Shown: piece by piece, positions 40,044 to 47,843 of the stretch
Position numbering within the stretch: the first letter of the stretch is position 1
Layout: each line of letters opens with the position of its first letter
NCBI GenBank assembly: GCA_902806405.1
Contig: CADCWL010000001.1
Location: 8,472 to 72,471 of the forward strand
Direction: 5' to 3'
DNA from: an uncultured Thermomicrobiales bacterium
Lineage (GTDB): Bacteria; Chloroflexota; Chloroflexia; Thermomicrobiales; UBA6265
Length of the DNA: 64,000 bases
Notes under the pieces: generated by a model
Databases searched by the model: none
Told to the model about the DNA's origin: nothing
Seen by the model: only the letters and a program-made list of their open reading frames with translations
Translations under genes and position numbers: made by a program

Positions 40044-41939
40044 TCACCGGTGGTCCGCGTCGAGGGCATCGATCGCCTGCCCGAAGACGCGACGGAGGAT
40101 CGCGATCGTCGACGCGTACGTGGAATCCATCCCGTAGTAGGAAAGGCCGCGGGCGCCCAGCGTTTGGGCACGTGTGTAGGGCGTGTCGGAGGCGTAATGG
40201 ATGACGCCAAGGTCGAGCGTGCCGGGCGTGTGGAGCCGCAGGTTGATAGCCTCCTCGGCCGGGTAACGACGCAGGTTCACGTCCTCGTAGATGGCGTCCA
40301 GATAGGGCCCGGCCTCCATCTCGACGACGGTGTAGTTCTCTCGGTAGTAGAAATCGAGGTACCCCTGGTTCTGGAGATAGGTTCCCTTGACGGTAACCGC
40401 CTTCTGGTTGTCGAGGGCCGCTCCGTAGACGAGGAACGGGGCGAGGTCGGCGTAGGCGAAGCAGTTGTCGAACCAGTAGGTGTTTCCGGAGTGCTCGTCG
40501 TAGACGACGTCGGCGATCATCACGTCGCCGATCCTGCCGTTCAGGGTGGCCGCCTTGCCGAGGACGTAGACGCCCCGCAACTGGTCGGTGCTGATCCCGA
40601 CCTGGGACATGATGTGGTAGGCGGCCAGCCCGAGCGGGTAGTTGACGTTGACAATCACGGCGTCCGACGATCTCGGGTCGAGCGGCTCCCCGGTCGCGCT
40701 CCGCAGCCGTGGGTCGAACGACGCCGGATCGAGCGCGGCGAGCTCGATAATCTGGATCCCGACGTCGATCGCCCCGACGGGGTCGAGGTGCCGGATACCG
40801 ACCGTGCGCTCCTCCTCCACCCGCTGCTCCCGCTCCCGCTCCCGGTGGGGGTCGGCGAAGAACGAGCGGCCGGCGAAATAGAGCAGATTCTCCCAGGATG
40901 ACCGCGTCTCCCCGGCCTCCAGCTTCGCCAACTCCTCGCGCAGCTCCCCCGAACCGTGCCCGCGGACGTGCGCGATCAATTCCTCTTTCCGTCGGCGCGC
41001 GCTGCCGGAGAGGACGTTGACGATCGAGTGGGTGTTCGAGGAGACGAAGTAGAGCGGCCGATCGGCGAGACCCGCTTCGAGCATGTAGCGCGCGGCCGGC
41101 GCCCACCACTGGCGGGTGGCGCGCGCGTAGCCGAGGTGGCTGCCGCCGACCATGCGCAGGGAGTAGCGCTTCCGCTCGGCAGTCATCTTCGCCAGGTTGG
41201 GCCAGAGGGCGTCGCCCCACACCGCCCGCAGGCGCTGCCAATCTCCGGCGGCAAGAAGGAGCCGTTCGCCGATGCGTTCGAGGCTCGCCCCCGTCGGCAC
41301 CACCCCCGCCACCGCCCCCGCAATCGTGTCGCGGAGGGCCTCGTCGCTCGTCAGGATGCGGTGGAACTTGTTCCACTCGATCTGGTAAGCGACGATCGTC
41401 GGAATCAGGTCGTCCAGGTCGGAGGCGGAGGCGATGTAGGCAGCCAGTACCCCGCCTCCGTCGTAGAGCCAGCGCCGACGCCGGCCCGGCGCCGTCACCC
41501 GCTCCCAGTCGTCCATCCCCTGGTAGCCGGCGCGGCCGAAGGCGCGAGCCGACTGACCGAGGACGATCTCCCGGACGTCGACGACGCAGGCCGGCAAACG
41601 CTGCGTGGAGTAGATGAACGCGTTCATGTCGGGCGCCCGCTCGGCGGCTCCGGCGTGGAGCGAGGCGGAGGCGGTGAGGTGCGCCGGCTCGAGGCTCGAT
41701 ACCCCAACGGCACCCGAGCTCTGGAGCAGGGTCGTGTAGGTGCGGACGTAGAGGTCGACCTCGCGCTTGCCGGGTCCCGCGCGGTGGCCGTTCGAGGTCG
41801 CCGTCGCGGCCTCCAACGGCGTCGACTCCCCAGGGAAGAGCTCCGCCCGCTCGCCCCGAAATTCTCGCTGGTGGGGAGCCGTCGAACTTTCCACGGACCG
41901 CCTCGATCCCGTCGTCGTGGTACCGGCTGGATCGAACAT
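40044..41939 (-). CDS. Uncharacterised 631-aa protein: unknown N-terminal region plus AMP-nucleosidase/PNP_UDP_1-like C-terminal domain
   Basis: The C-terminal roughly 250 aa carry VIVNVNYPLGLAAYHI.., GVYVLGKAATLNGRIGDVMIADVVYDEH, TVVEMEAGPY and GVIHYASDTPY. ATG at 41939 after GAGTGAGG. The overlapping 657-aa frame is Arg/Pro/Gly junk. Confidence 0.8.
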   Translation of the reverse strand: MFDPAGTTTTGSRRSVESSTAPHQREFRGERAELFPGESTPLEAATATSNGHRAGPGKREVDLYVRTYTTLLQSSGAVGVSSLEPAHLTASASLHAGAAERAPDMNAFIYSTQRLPACVVDVREIVLGQSARAFGRAGYQGMDDWERVTAPGRRRRWLYDGGGVLAAYIASASDLDDLIPTIVAYQIEWNKFHRILTSDEALRDTIAGAVAGVVPTGASLERIGERLLLAAGDWQRLRAVWGDALWPNLAKMTAERKRYSLRMVGGSHLGYARATRQWWAPAARYMLEAGLADRPLYFVSSNTHSIVNVLSGSARRRKEELIAHVRGHGSGELREELAKLEAGETRSSWENLLYFAGRSFFADPHREREREQRVEEERTVGIRHLDPVGAIDVGIQIIELAALDPASFDPRLRSATGEPLDPRSSDAVIVNVNYPLGLAAYHIMSQVGISTDQLRGVYVLGKAATLNGRIGDVMIADVVYDEHSGNTYWFDNCFAYADLAPFLVYGAALDNQKAVTVKGTYLQNQGYLDFYYRENYTVVEMEAGPYLDAIYEDVNLRRYPAEEAINLRLHTPGTLDLGVIHYASDTPYTRAQTLGARGLSYYGMDSTYASTIAILRRVFGQAIDALDADHR

Positions 41940-42000
41940 CGCGCCTCACTCGTGATTCCAGTATAGGCGAGAGGCACAAGCGGTCGGTGTCAAAGCGGCG

Positions 42001-42029
42001 TTGACGGGCAGCCAGTCGCTACCTAGCCA
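42001..42029 (+). promoter_or_regulatory. Sigma70-like promoter for the ABC exporter gene
   Basis: TTGACG (42001-42006), 17 nt spacer, TAGCCA (42024-42029). Confidence 0.4.
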
Positions 42030-42147
42030 CACCGGCAGTTGTGCCACGGATCGAGAACGCGGTATCCATCCCTCCGTTGGAGGGCCGCCCTTCGGCGCGC
42101 CACGCTCCGCCGTTTCGTCCTCCTCATGTCAGGATTTGCGCTCCGTC

Positions 42148-44127
42148 ATGTCCGACCCACACGCCGGCAATGGCCGCTTCGAGCCACGCCCTGCCGGTGG
42201 CGCCCGACCGCCCGTTCCGACCTCCGCCAACGGTCACGGTGGCGGAGGCCGGTCCCCCGACGCTCCTACTCCCTCGCCAGCGGCGGAGGGGAGGTCGCGG
42301 CGCCTGCAGTGGAGCGCCGTCGTTCGCGGGGCGCGCACCACCTGGCGATCGACCGCTCAAGTACTCCGGCTCGTCTGGTCGACAAGCCAACTGCTGACGC
42401 TCTCCTTGGCGGTTGTCACGCTGCTGCAAAGCTTGGTCCCGGCTGCCCAGGTGTGGCTGGCGGGACGCCTCATCCAGGAGGTGGCGGACGGCATCGCCGC
42501 CGGCGCCGCCGCCCGCGACGCATACGTCGACCGGGTCGTCGTCCTGGCACTGGTCCAACTCGGCCTCTTGCTGGCGGCGAGCCTGCTGCAGACAGTCGGG
42601 AACATCAGCCAGCAACTGCTGCAGGAGCGGCTGGCGATCCACGTCCAGCTCTTGATCATGCGCCACGCCAACACCCTCGACCTCGCAGACTTCGAGAACG
42701 CCGCCTACTACGACCAGCTCCAGCAGGCACAGCGGGAATCGGCGAACCGGCCCGTCCAGATGGTCTCCCAGGTCTTCAACCTGGCGCGCTCGGTCGTCAC
42801 CTTCGGCACGTTGCTCGCGTTGCTGATCGGCCTCGGGCCGATCGTCGCCGTTCTGACCCTGCTGGCTCCCATCCCCGCCTTCATCTCCGGCTCCCGCTAC
42901 GGCTGGTGGGGCTTCCAGCAGATGCGCCGGCAGTCGCCCACGCGGCGCCTGCTGACCTACTTGACCAACCTGCTGACGACGGACGAGTACGCGAAAGAGA
43001 TCAAGCTCTTCACCCTCGGCGACCACTTCATCGATCGGTACGAGCGGGTCTCCGCGGAGTACTACGCCGCCACCCGCTCCCTCCTCCTGCGCCGCTACTG
43101 GGCCGGTTTCGCGTGGGGCGGTTTGACCACGCTCGCCTCGTCCGGCACCTTCCTCTACGTCGCGGTGCTGGCCGTACGGGGTTCGATCTCCCTCGGCCAG
43201 TTAACGGTCTTCACCGGGGCGGCGACCCAGGTTCAGGGGGCCTTCCAAGGGATCCTTGGCGGTTTCCAGGGGATCTACGAGCACGGGCTCTATCTCTCGA
43301 CGCTCAACGACCTGCTCGAACGGGCTCCGCAAATCGCCCCGCCCGCGCGGCCGGCCCCCGTCCGGCGCCCCTTCCGAACGGGGATTGAGTTCCGCAACGT
43401 CAGCTACCGCTACCCCGGACGCGAGGAGGCGGCGCTGGACGACGTCTCGTTCACGATCGCTCAGGGGGAGACGGTCGCCCTCGTTGGCCGCAACGGAGCC
43501 GGCAAGTCGACGATCGTCAAGTTGCTCGGCCGGCTCTACGACCCGGACGCCGGGCAGATCCTGGTCGACGGGCGCGACGTGCGGGAGTACGACCCGGCCG
43601 CGCTCCGCCGTGAGTTTGGCGTCATGTTCCAGGACTACGCCGCCTACCAGCTGAGCGCGGGCGAGAACATCGGGGTCGGCAACGTCGACAGCTACGCCGA
43701 CTCCCCGGCGATCGCCTCGGCCGCCGAGCGGGCCGGCGCCGACGGGGTGATCCAGGGGCTCCCGCAAGGGTACGAGACGACGCTCGGCAAGTGGTTCGAG
43801 GGGGGGCACCAGCTCTCCGGTGGCGAGTGGCAGAAGGTGGCACTGGCGCGCGCCTTTATGCGGGACGCCCAGATCCTGATCCTCGACGAGCCGACCGCGG
43901 CCCTCGACGCTCGGGCCGAACACGACCTCTTTGCCCGGCTGCGAACCCTGACCGAGGGCAAAATGGCCCTCTACATCTCCCACCGGTTCTCGACGGTCCG
44001 GATGGCGGACCGGATTCTGGTCCTCGAGCGGGGCAAGCTCGTCGAGCAGGGGACGCACGAGGTGTTGATGGCGCGAGACGGACGGTACGCGGAATTGTTC
44101 GAGCTTCAAGCCGCAAGCTACCGGTAG
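42148..44127 (+). CDS. ABC exporter, fused permease/ATPase (MsbA/type I exporter-like)
   Basis: Six-TM ABC_membrane region, Walker A GRNGAGKST, signature LSGGEWQK and Walker B ILILDEPT. There is a Gly/Pro-rich N-terminal extension of about 90 aa, so the start is uncertain. Confidence 0.9.
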   Translation: MSDPHAGNGRFEPRPAGGARPPVPTSANGHGGGGRSPDAPTPSPAAEGRSRRLQWSAVVRGARTTWRSTAQVLRLVWSTSQLLTLSLAVVTLLQSLVPAAQVWLAGRLIQEVADGIAAGAAARDAYVDRVVVLALVQLGLLLAASLLQTVGNISQQLLQERLAIHVQLLIMRHANTLDLADFENAAYYDQLQQAQRESANRPVQMVSQVFNLARSVVTFGTLLALLIGLGPIVAVLTLLAPIPAFISGSRYGWWGFQQMRRQSPTRRLLTYLTNLLTTDEYAKEIKLFTLGDHFIDRYERVSAEYYAATRSLLLRRYWAGFAWGGLTTLASSGTFLYVAVLAVRGSISLGQLTVFTGAATQVQGAFQGILGGFQGIYEHGLYLSTLNDLLERAPQIAPPARPAPVRRPFRTGIEFRNVSYRYPGREEAALDDVSFTIAQGETVALVGRNGAGKSTIVKLLGRLYDPDAGQILVDGRDVREYDPAALRREFGVMFQDYAAYQLSAGENIGVGNVDSYADSPAIASAAERAGADGVIQGLPQGYETTLGKWFEGGHQLSGGEWQKVALARAFMRDAQILILDEPTAALDARAEHDLFARLRTLTEGKMALYISHRFSTVRMADRILVLERGKLVEQGTHEVLMARDGRYAELFELQAASYR

Positions 44128-44536
44128 TCGCCGGCGGGCGGCGATCGGGTCAGCCGACCCCCGTTGATCGACGGGATCGATACCGGGGTCACCGTTCCGG
44201 CCACGGCGGCCGTCTGGCTCGTGCCCGAGCGGCTACGGGAACCGGGAAACCGGCGGCGCTTCGCTCAGACCGAACGATACGGACGCGGGGGGCCGGTGTA
44301 AGGGTGATCGGGGCACGTCCTGTTTCCGGTCTACACCCCCCCGAATCGCCGCCGCGTGCGGTCGATCACCGCCCCAAGCAGCACCGCTCAGCCGAAGCTC
44401 CTACGCGGGGCGGTCGAGATGGGCGGCCGATCGGCAGCCCCAACTGTCTGCCAACTCTTGGAATCCGGCGAAGAGAGCGCCGAATGCACCCCGCAGATCA
44501 CTCCGATCGCTGACCCGCTTCCCCCCACGCTCTCTG

Positions 44537-45472
44537 TCAGGACCCGTCCCGGACGTAGGCGATGCCGTCCTCCAGGCGCATCGGGGGCCGACCGATCAGG
44601 TCCGCCGTGGCGGAGTTTTCCGAGGCGTTGTCGAGGGCGAGCATTTTGAGCTGCTCCTCGGTGACGGGTGGACGCAGCGCCTTCGGCAGCGGCTTAGAGA
44701 GCTTCACGATCGGCATCATCACGCCGACGGGGATGTGAACCTTCCGCTTTCGCTTGCCCAGCTCGGCGGCGATCACATCGAGCATCGCCTCGTAGGCGTA
44801 CGTCTGACCGCCACCCAGCTCGTACATCTGCCCGACCGTCGTGGGGTTGTCGAGGGCGCGCGCATACGCCTCGGCCACTTCGCCGACCGCGACCGGCTGG
44901 AATTTGCTCTTTCCCGAGCCGACGACCGGGATCACCGGCGCAAGCCTCACGAGCGCGGCGAGGGTGGTCACGAACTCGTCGCCGGCGCCGAAGATGACGG
45001 ACGGGCGAAAGATCGTCCAGGGGATGCCCGCCCCTCGCACGGCCTGCTCGGCCTGCCACTTCGCCTCGTAGTAACCGTAGTGGGGGTTGTGATGGGTTCC
45101 CATCGCGCTCATGTGGAGGAAGCGCCGGACGCCGGCTCGTTTCGCCGCCGCGACGACGTTCACCGTCCCCGCCCGGATCACCCCGTCGAACGTGGTGGTC
45201 CCTTCCTCGGCAATGATCGCGACGAGGTGGACCACGGCCTCGCAACCGTCCATCGCCCTCGCCAGCGTGTCCGGCTTCGTGACGTCTCCCTCGACGATCT
45301 CCACGTCGCTCCCGGCAAGCGCCGCATGGCGCGCTCGGTCCCGCACAAGGAGACGGAGGGGCCGCCCCTGCAGCTCGCGGCGGATGGCGCCGCCGACGAA
45401 GCCGGTTCCGCCGGTTACGAAAACGCGGCCGGTGGTGCCGGCCGCGGGGCTGCTCTGCAACGACGAATCCAT
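44537..45472 (-). CDS. NAD(P)-binding SDR-family protein (NDUFA9/NmrA-like atypical SDR)
   Basis: VFVTGGTGFVGGAI Rossmann motif and extended-SDR length. Confidence 0.88.
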   Translation of the reverse strand: MDSSLQSSPAAGTTGRVFVTGGTGFVGGAIRRELQGRPLRLLVRDRARHAALAGSDVEIVEGDVTKPDTLARAMDGCEAVVHLVAIIAEEGTTTFDGVIRAGTVNVVAAAKRAGVRRFLHMSAMGTHHNPHYGYYEAKWQAEQAVRGAGIPWTIFRPSVIFGAGDEFVTTLAALVRLAPVIPVVGSGKSKFQPVAVGEVAEAYARALDNPTTVGQMYELGGGQTYAYEAMLDVIAAELGKRKRKVHIPVGVMMPIVKLSKPLPKALRPPVTEEQLKMLALDNASENSATADLIGRPPMRLEDGIAYVRDGS

Positions 45473-45562
45473 GGCGGCGCTCCCTCCGATGCGGGTGCAA
45501 CCCCGGCGTGGCCCGCTGGCGGGACGAGGTTCCCGCCCGGGCCGCGCCGAAGCGACCGCCCC

Positions 45563-46393
45563 CTACTTGATCTCGGCCGCGGCCTGGGCGTAGGCCCGCA
45601 GCTTCTCCGAGTCGACCGCGATCGCGTTGCGACCCAACGATCGGACAATTCCCTGCTCTTGGAGCTCGAGCAACTTGCGGGTGACGGTGACGCGGTTGGA
45701 GCCGATCATGTTGGCCAGGCCCTGATGCGTCAAGGGGAGGGAGATCGCCGTCATCCCGTCCGCGGTTGGCCGGCCGAACCCCTTCGCCAGGGTCAACAGG
45801 GTCGTCACCAGGCGAACGGAGGTGTCGCGGACGAGGAGGTGCTCGACGAGCGTCTGGAGCTCTGTCAGGCGCCGCGTCATACCGGCGACGACCGCCGAAG
45901 CCAGTTCCGGCGACTCTGCGATGAGACCGGCCAGGTCGTCCGCCTCGACGATCGAGAGGGTGGAGTCGACCAGGGCCTCGGCGGCGGCGCCGGTCGAGAG
46001 GCCGTCGTACCCGTCCTCCTGGGCAAAGACCGTGTTCGGGCCGAGCAGACCGAGGTTGATTGCGCGCCCGTCCGGAAGCGTCTTGTAGAGACGCACAAAG
46101 CCGGCGCGCACGATGTAGACGAGACCGCCGCCACGGCCCGGGCCGAAGATCTCCTGGCCCTTGGCGAAGGTAACAGAGCTCGGCCGCCCCGGCCGTGTCC
46201 GGCCGTTACCCGGCGCCGACCCCGCACCGCCGCCGAGGTGGCCGCCGCCGGTGCTCCGGCCGTTGCGGGGGACGGCCGGTGCGGTCGGGGTCACGACCCG
46301 ACCGCTCGGCGCCGGTTCGCCGGTGCGCCACCAACCTGGCGCTGTCACGGCCAGGGTTCGGGCGGAGCCCCCATCACGAGCGGCAAACTTCAT
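45563..46393 (-). CDS. Crp/Fnr-family transcriptional regulator with a Gly/Pro-rich N-terminal extension
   Basis: cNMP-binding core FAKGQEIFGPG..LVYIVRAGFVRLY and the HTH LTHQGLANMIGSNRVTVTRKLLELQEQGIV. ATG at 46393 after GGAGGAG. Confidence 0.88.
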   Translation of the reverse strand: MKFAARDGGSARTLAVTAPGWWRTGEPAPSGRVVTPTAPAVPRNGRSTGGGHLGGGAGSAPGNGRTRPGRPSSVTFAKGQEIFGPGRGGGLVYIVRAGFVRLYKTLPDGRAINLGLLGPNTVFAQEDGYDGLSTGAAAEALVDSTLSIVEADDLAGLIAESPELASAVVAGMTRRLTELQTLVEHLLVRDTSVRLVTTLLTLAKGFGRPTADGMTAISLPLTHQGLANMIGSNRVTVTRKLLELQEQGIVRSLGRNAIAVDSEKLRAYAQAAAEIK

Positions 46394-46492
46394 CGTGAGT
46401 CTCCTCCGCAGCACACCGCATCGCTTCTGGGCGCTGCCGACGTCCCGTCGCGAGCAAGGCGGCAACCAATCGCCCTACTCTTCACGCCCTGA

Positions 46493-46521
46493 AGTCTAGT
46501 CACCGAATCGCCGTCTGTCAA
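46493..46521 (-). promoter_or_regulatory. Near-consensus sigma70-like promoter for the crp-family gene
   Basis: Minus strand TTGACA (46521-46516), 17 nt spacer, TAGACT (46498-46493). Leader of about 90 nt. Confidence 0.5.
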
Positions 46522-46524
46522 GGA

Positions 46525-46566
46525 TTTGCACAGAAAGTCCGCGTATCGGTGCATCACCTGTGCAAA
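46525..46566. promoter_or_regulatory. 9-bp perfect inverted repeat abutting the -35 box (candidate operator)
   Basis: TTTGCACAG (46525-46533) and CTGTGCAAA (46558-46566), 24 nt apart, enclosing the near-palindrome GGTGCATCACC. Confidence 0.35.
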
Positions 46567-46828
46567 CGGTGGGCAGCCGCCATTGTGGGGACTGCCGGCA
46601 TCAAGTCCTCATCCGCACTTCGAATAACGCGCGCGGATGGTTGCTGGATCATCGACAGCGGTCGAGACTTGTTCTATCTGGCTTGGTTTCGGTCAAACGA
46701 CCGCGCGTCGGTTGGCCGCGGCGTTGGACCGGCCATGTGGTTGCCTTGAAGGCAAAAGCCGGGCATGAATATTGGTCTCGGGGAGCAGTTCAACCGGGGC
46801 GTGACATCCTAGCAGCGAATCGCGATCG

Positions 46829-47356
46829 TCAGAAAGTGCGTCCCAAGGCCTGATCCCACGGCTGGGGAGCAGCTACCCGGATCACCTCGTCCTCGTTGTC
46901 GCGGACGTAGAGGTACAGGTGGGCAAAAAACTCCGCTTCGGGCAGCGGGTAGGTGGGGTTGATGCAGAGGAAGGGATACGGCCACGGCGGCGCAACCCCG
47001 GGAGCGGAGAGCACCTCGATCCGCTTGCCGACGCGGAGACGGTAGGTGACGCCCGGATACCGACGGGACGGGAGATCGAGATGCCCGCTCCGGCGCAACC
47101 GGGACCAGAGATCGTCGCCGAGCGTGAGGCGCGCCACCTCTTCCGCGCGGCGCCGCGCCTCCCGATAGTCCCGATGGGTGAAACCGAAGCCGGCCGTCCG
47201 TTTTGGGAGGTGATCCCACCGGTGGCGCCATGGGCGCTCGACGCCGGAAGACTCGCTCGGCTCCGGCGGCAACTGCCGCGTCGGAGCGGGTTCGACCACC
47301 AGCCGGCGCCAGGCGGCGCCGAAGCGCTCCCAGAGCCTGCTCGGTTCTTCGGCCAT
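46829..47356 (-). CDS. Hypothetical 175-aa protein, single Cys in a Pro/aromatic-rich motif
   Basis: ATG at 47356 with GGAG about 11 nt upstream, 32 nt after the stop of the 77-aa ORF. GC3-rich. Contains PPWPYPFLCINPTYPLPEAEFFAHLYLYV. No family recognised. Confidence 0.65.
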   Translation of the reverse strand: MAEEPSRLWERFGAAWRRLVVEPAPTRQLPPEPSESSGVERPWRHRWDHLPKRTAGFGFTHRDYREARRRAEEVARLTLGDDLWSRLRRSGHLDLPSRRYPGVTYRLRVGKRIEVLSAPGVAPPWPYPFLCINPTYPLPEAEFFAHLYLYVRDNEDEVIRVAAPQPWDQALGRTF

Positions 47357-47388
47357 CCGCCGCCCCGCTCCGACCGCGCAGTCCGCCC

Positions 47389-47622
47389 CTACCCGCCGGC
47401 GATCGGCGCCACGATCTGGTACTCCTCGGCCTGGGGATCGAAGGCACCACGGTCGAGGACGTGGACGCCGTCGACCTTTTTCGAGACGGCGCAACCGCTG
47501 TCGCGGGCCTCCCGCAGAATCCGCTCCGCTTCGGCGACGCCGGCGCGCGCTTCCTCGGTGTCGATCGTCTCCCACTCGACGAGCTGGTGTCCGCGGCGGT
47601 TGGCGACGATGATCCGACCCAT
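47389..47622 (-). CDS. 77-aa protein with C-terminal Gly-Gly, candidate ThiS/MoaD/ubiquitin-like beta-grasp protein
   Basis: AAGGAG 6 nt before the ATG at 47622 and GC3-rich codons. The sequence ends EEYQIVAPIAGG-stop. Confidence 0.7.
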   Translation of the reverse strand: MGRIIVANRRGHQLVEWETIDTEEARAGVAEAERILREARDSGCAVSKKVDGVHVLDRGAFDPQAEEYQIVAPIAGG

Positions 47623-47683
47623 AACGGTCTCCTTGCCGGTCCCGGAACGCTGGACGCCCGAGGGTTTCCCCTAGGGGGAGGAT

Positions 47684-47712
47684 ATGCTACGTGTCCCGTC
47701 TCGCGATGGCAA
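47684..47712 (-). promoter_or_regulatory. Sigma70-like promoter for the 77-aa/175-aa two-gene cassette
   Basis: Minus strand TTGCCA (47712-47707), 17 nt spacer, TAGCAT (47689-47684). Leader of about 55 nt. Confidence 0.45.
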
Positions 47713-47843
47713 GCGCGGCGTGCGGTCCCCGGCGCTCCGCGGTCAGCGCGCGCCGCCTATGCGGGCCCTGCCTTCGGCGGCACTGGATCGAGCAAGGGCA
47801 TGCGAGACGCAATCATCCCGGAGGACAGCGTCCGGCCGACGCC

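Noticed and set aside
40006-41979. 657-aa ORF on the same strand as the 631-aa gene in another frame
   Set aside because: The translation is an Arg/Pro/Gly-rich string, whereas the 40044-41939 frame gives protein-like sequence with PNP-family motifs and a proper SD plus ATG.
43791-44649. ORFs 43791-44513 and 44356-44649 as possible genes filling the 409-nt gap
   Set aside because: Both are alternate frames overlapping the ABC exporter 3' end or the SDR gene. They are Arg-rich and lack SD or start context.
46531-46543. AGAAAGTCCGCG, resembling the RNase P RNA P4 motif GAGGAAAGUCCGGGC, in a 435-nt non-coding region
   Set aside because: None of the other universally conserved RNase P segments (the GGUAAGGGUGAAAGGGUG-type region or the ACAGAACCCGGCUUA-type 3' segment) is present on either strand.
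46643-46662. GCTGGATCATCGACAGCGG, resembling the 5' end of tmRNA (CUGGAUUCGACGGG)
   Set aside because: No tRNA-like 3' end (T-arm plus CCA context) or tag reading frame lies downstream, and the next 170 nt run into a protein gene.
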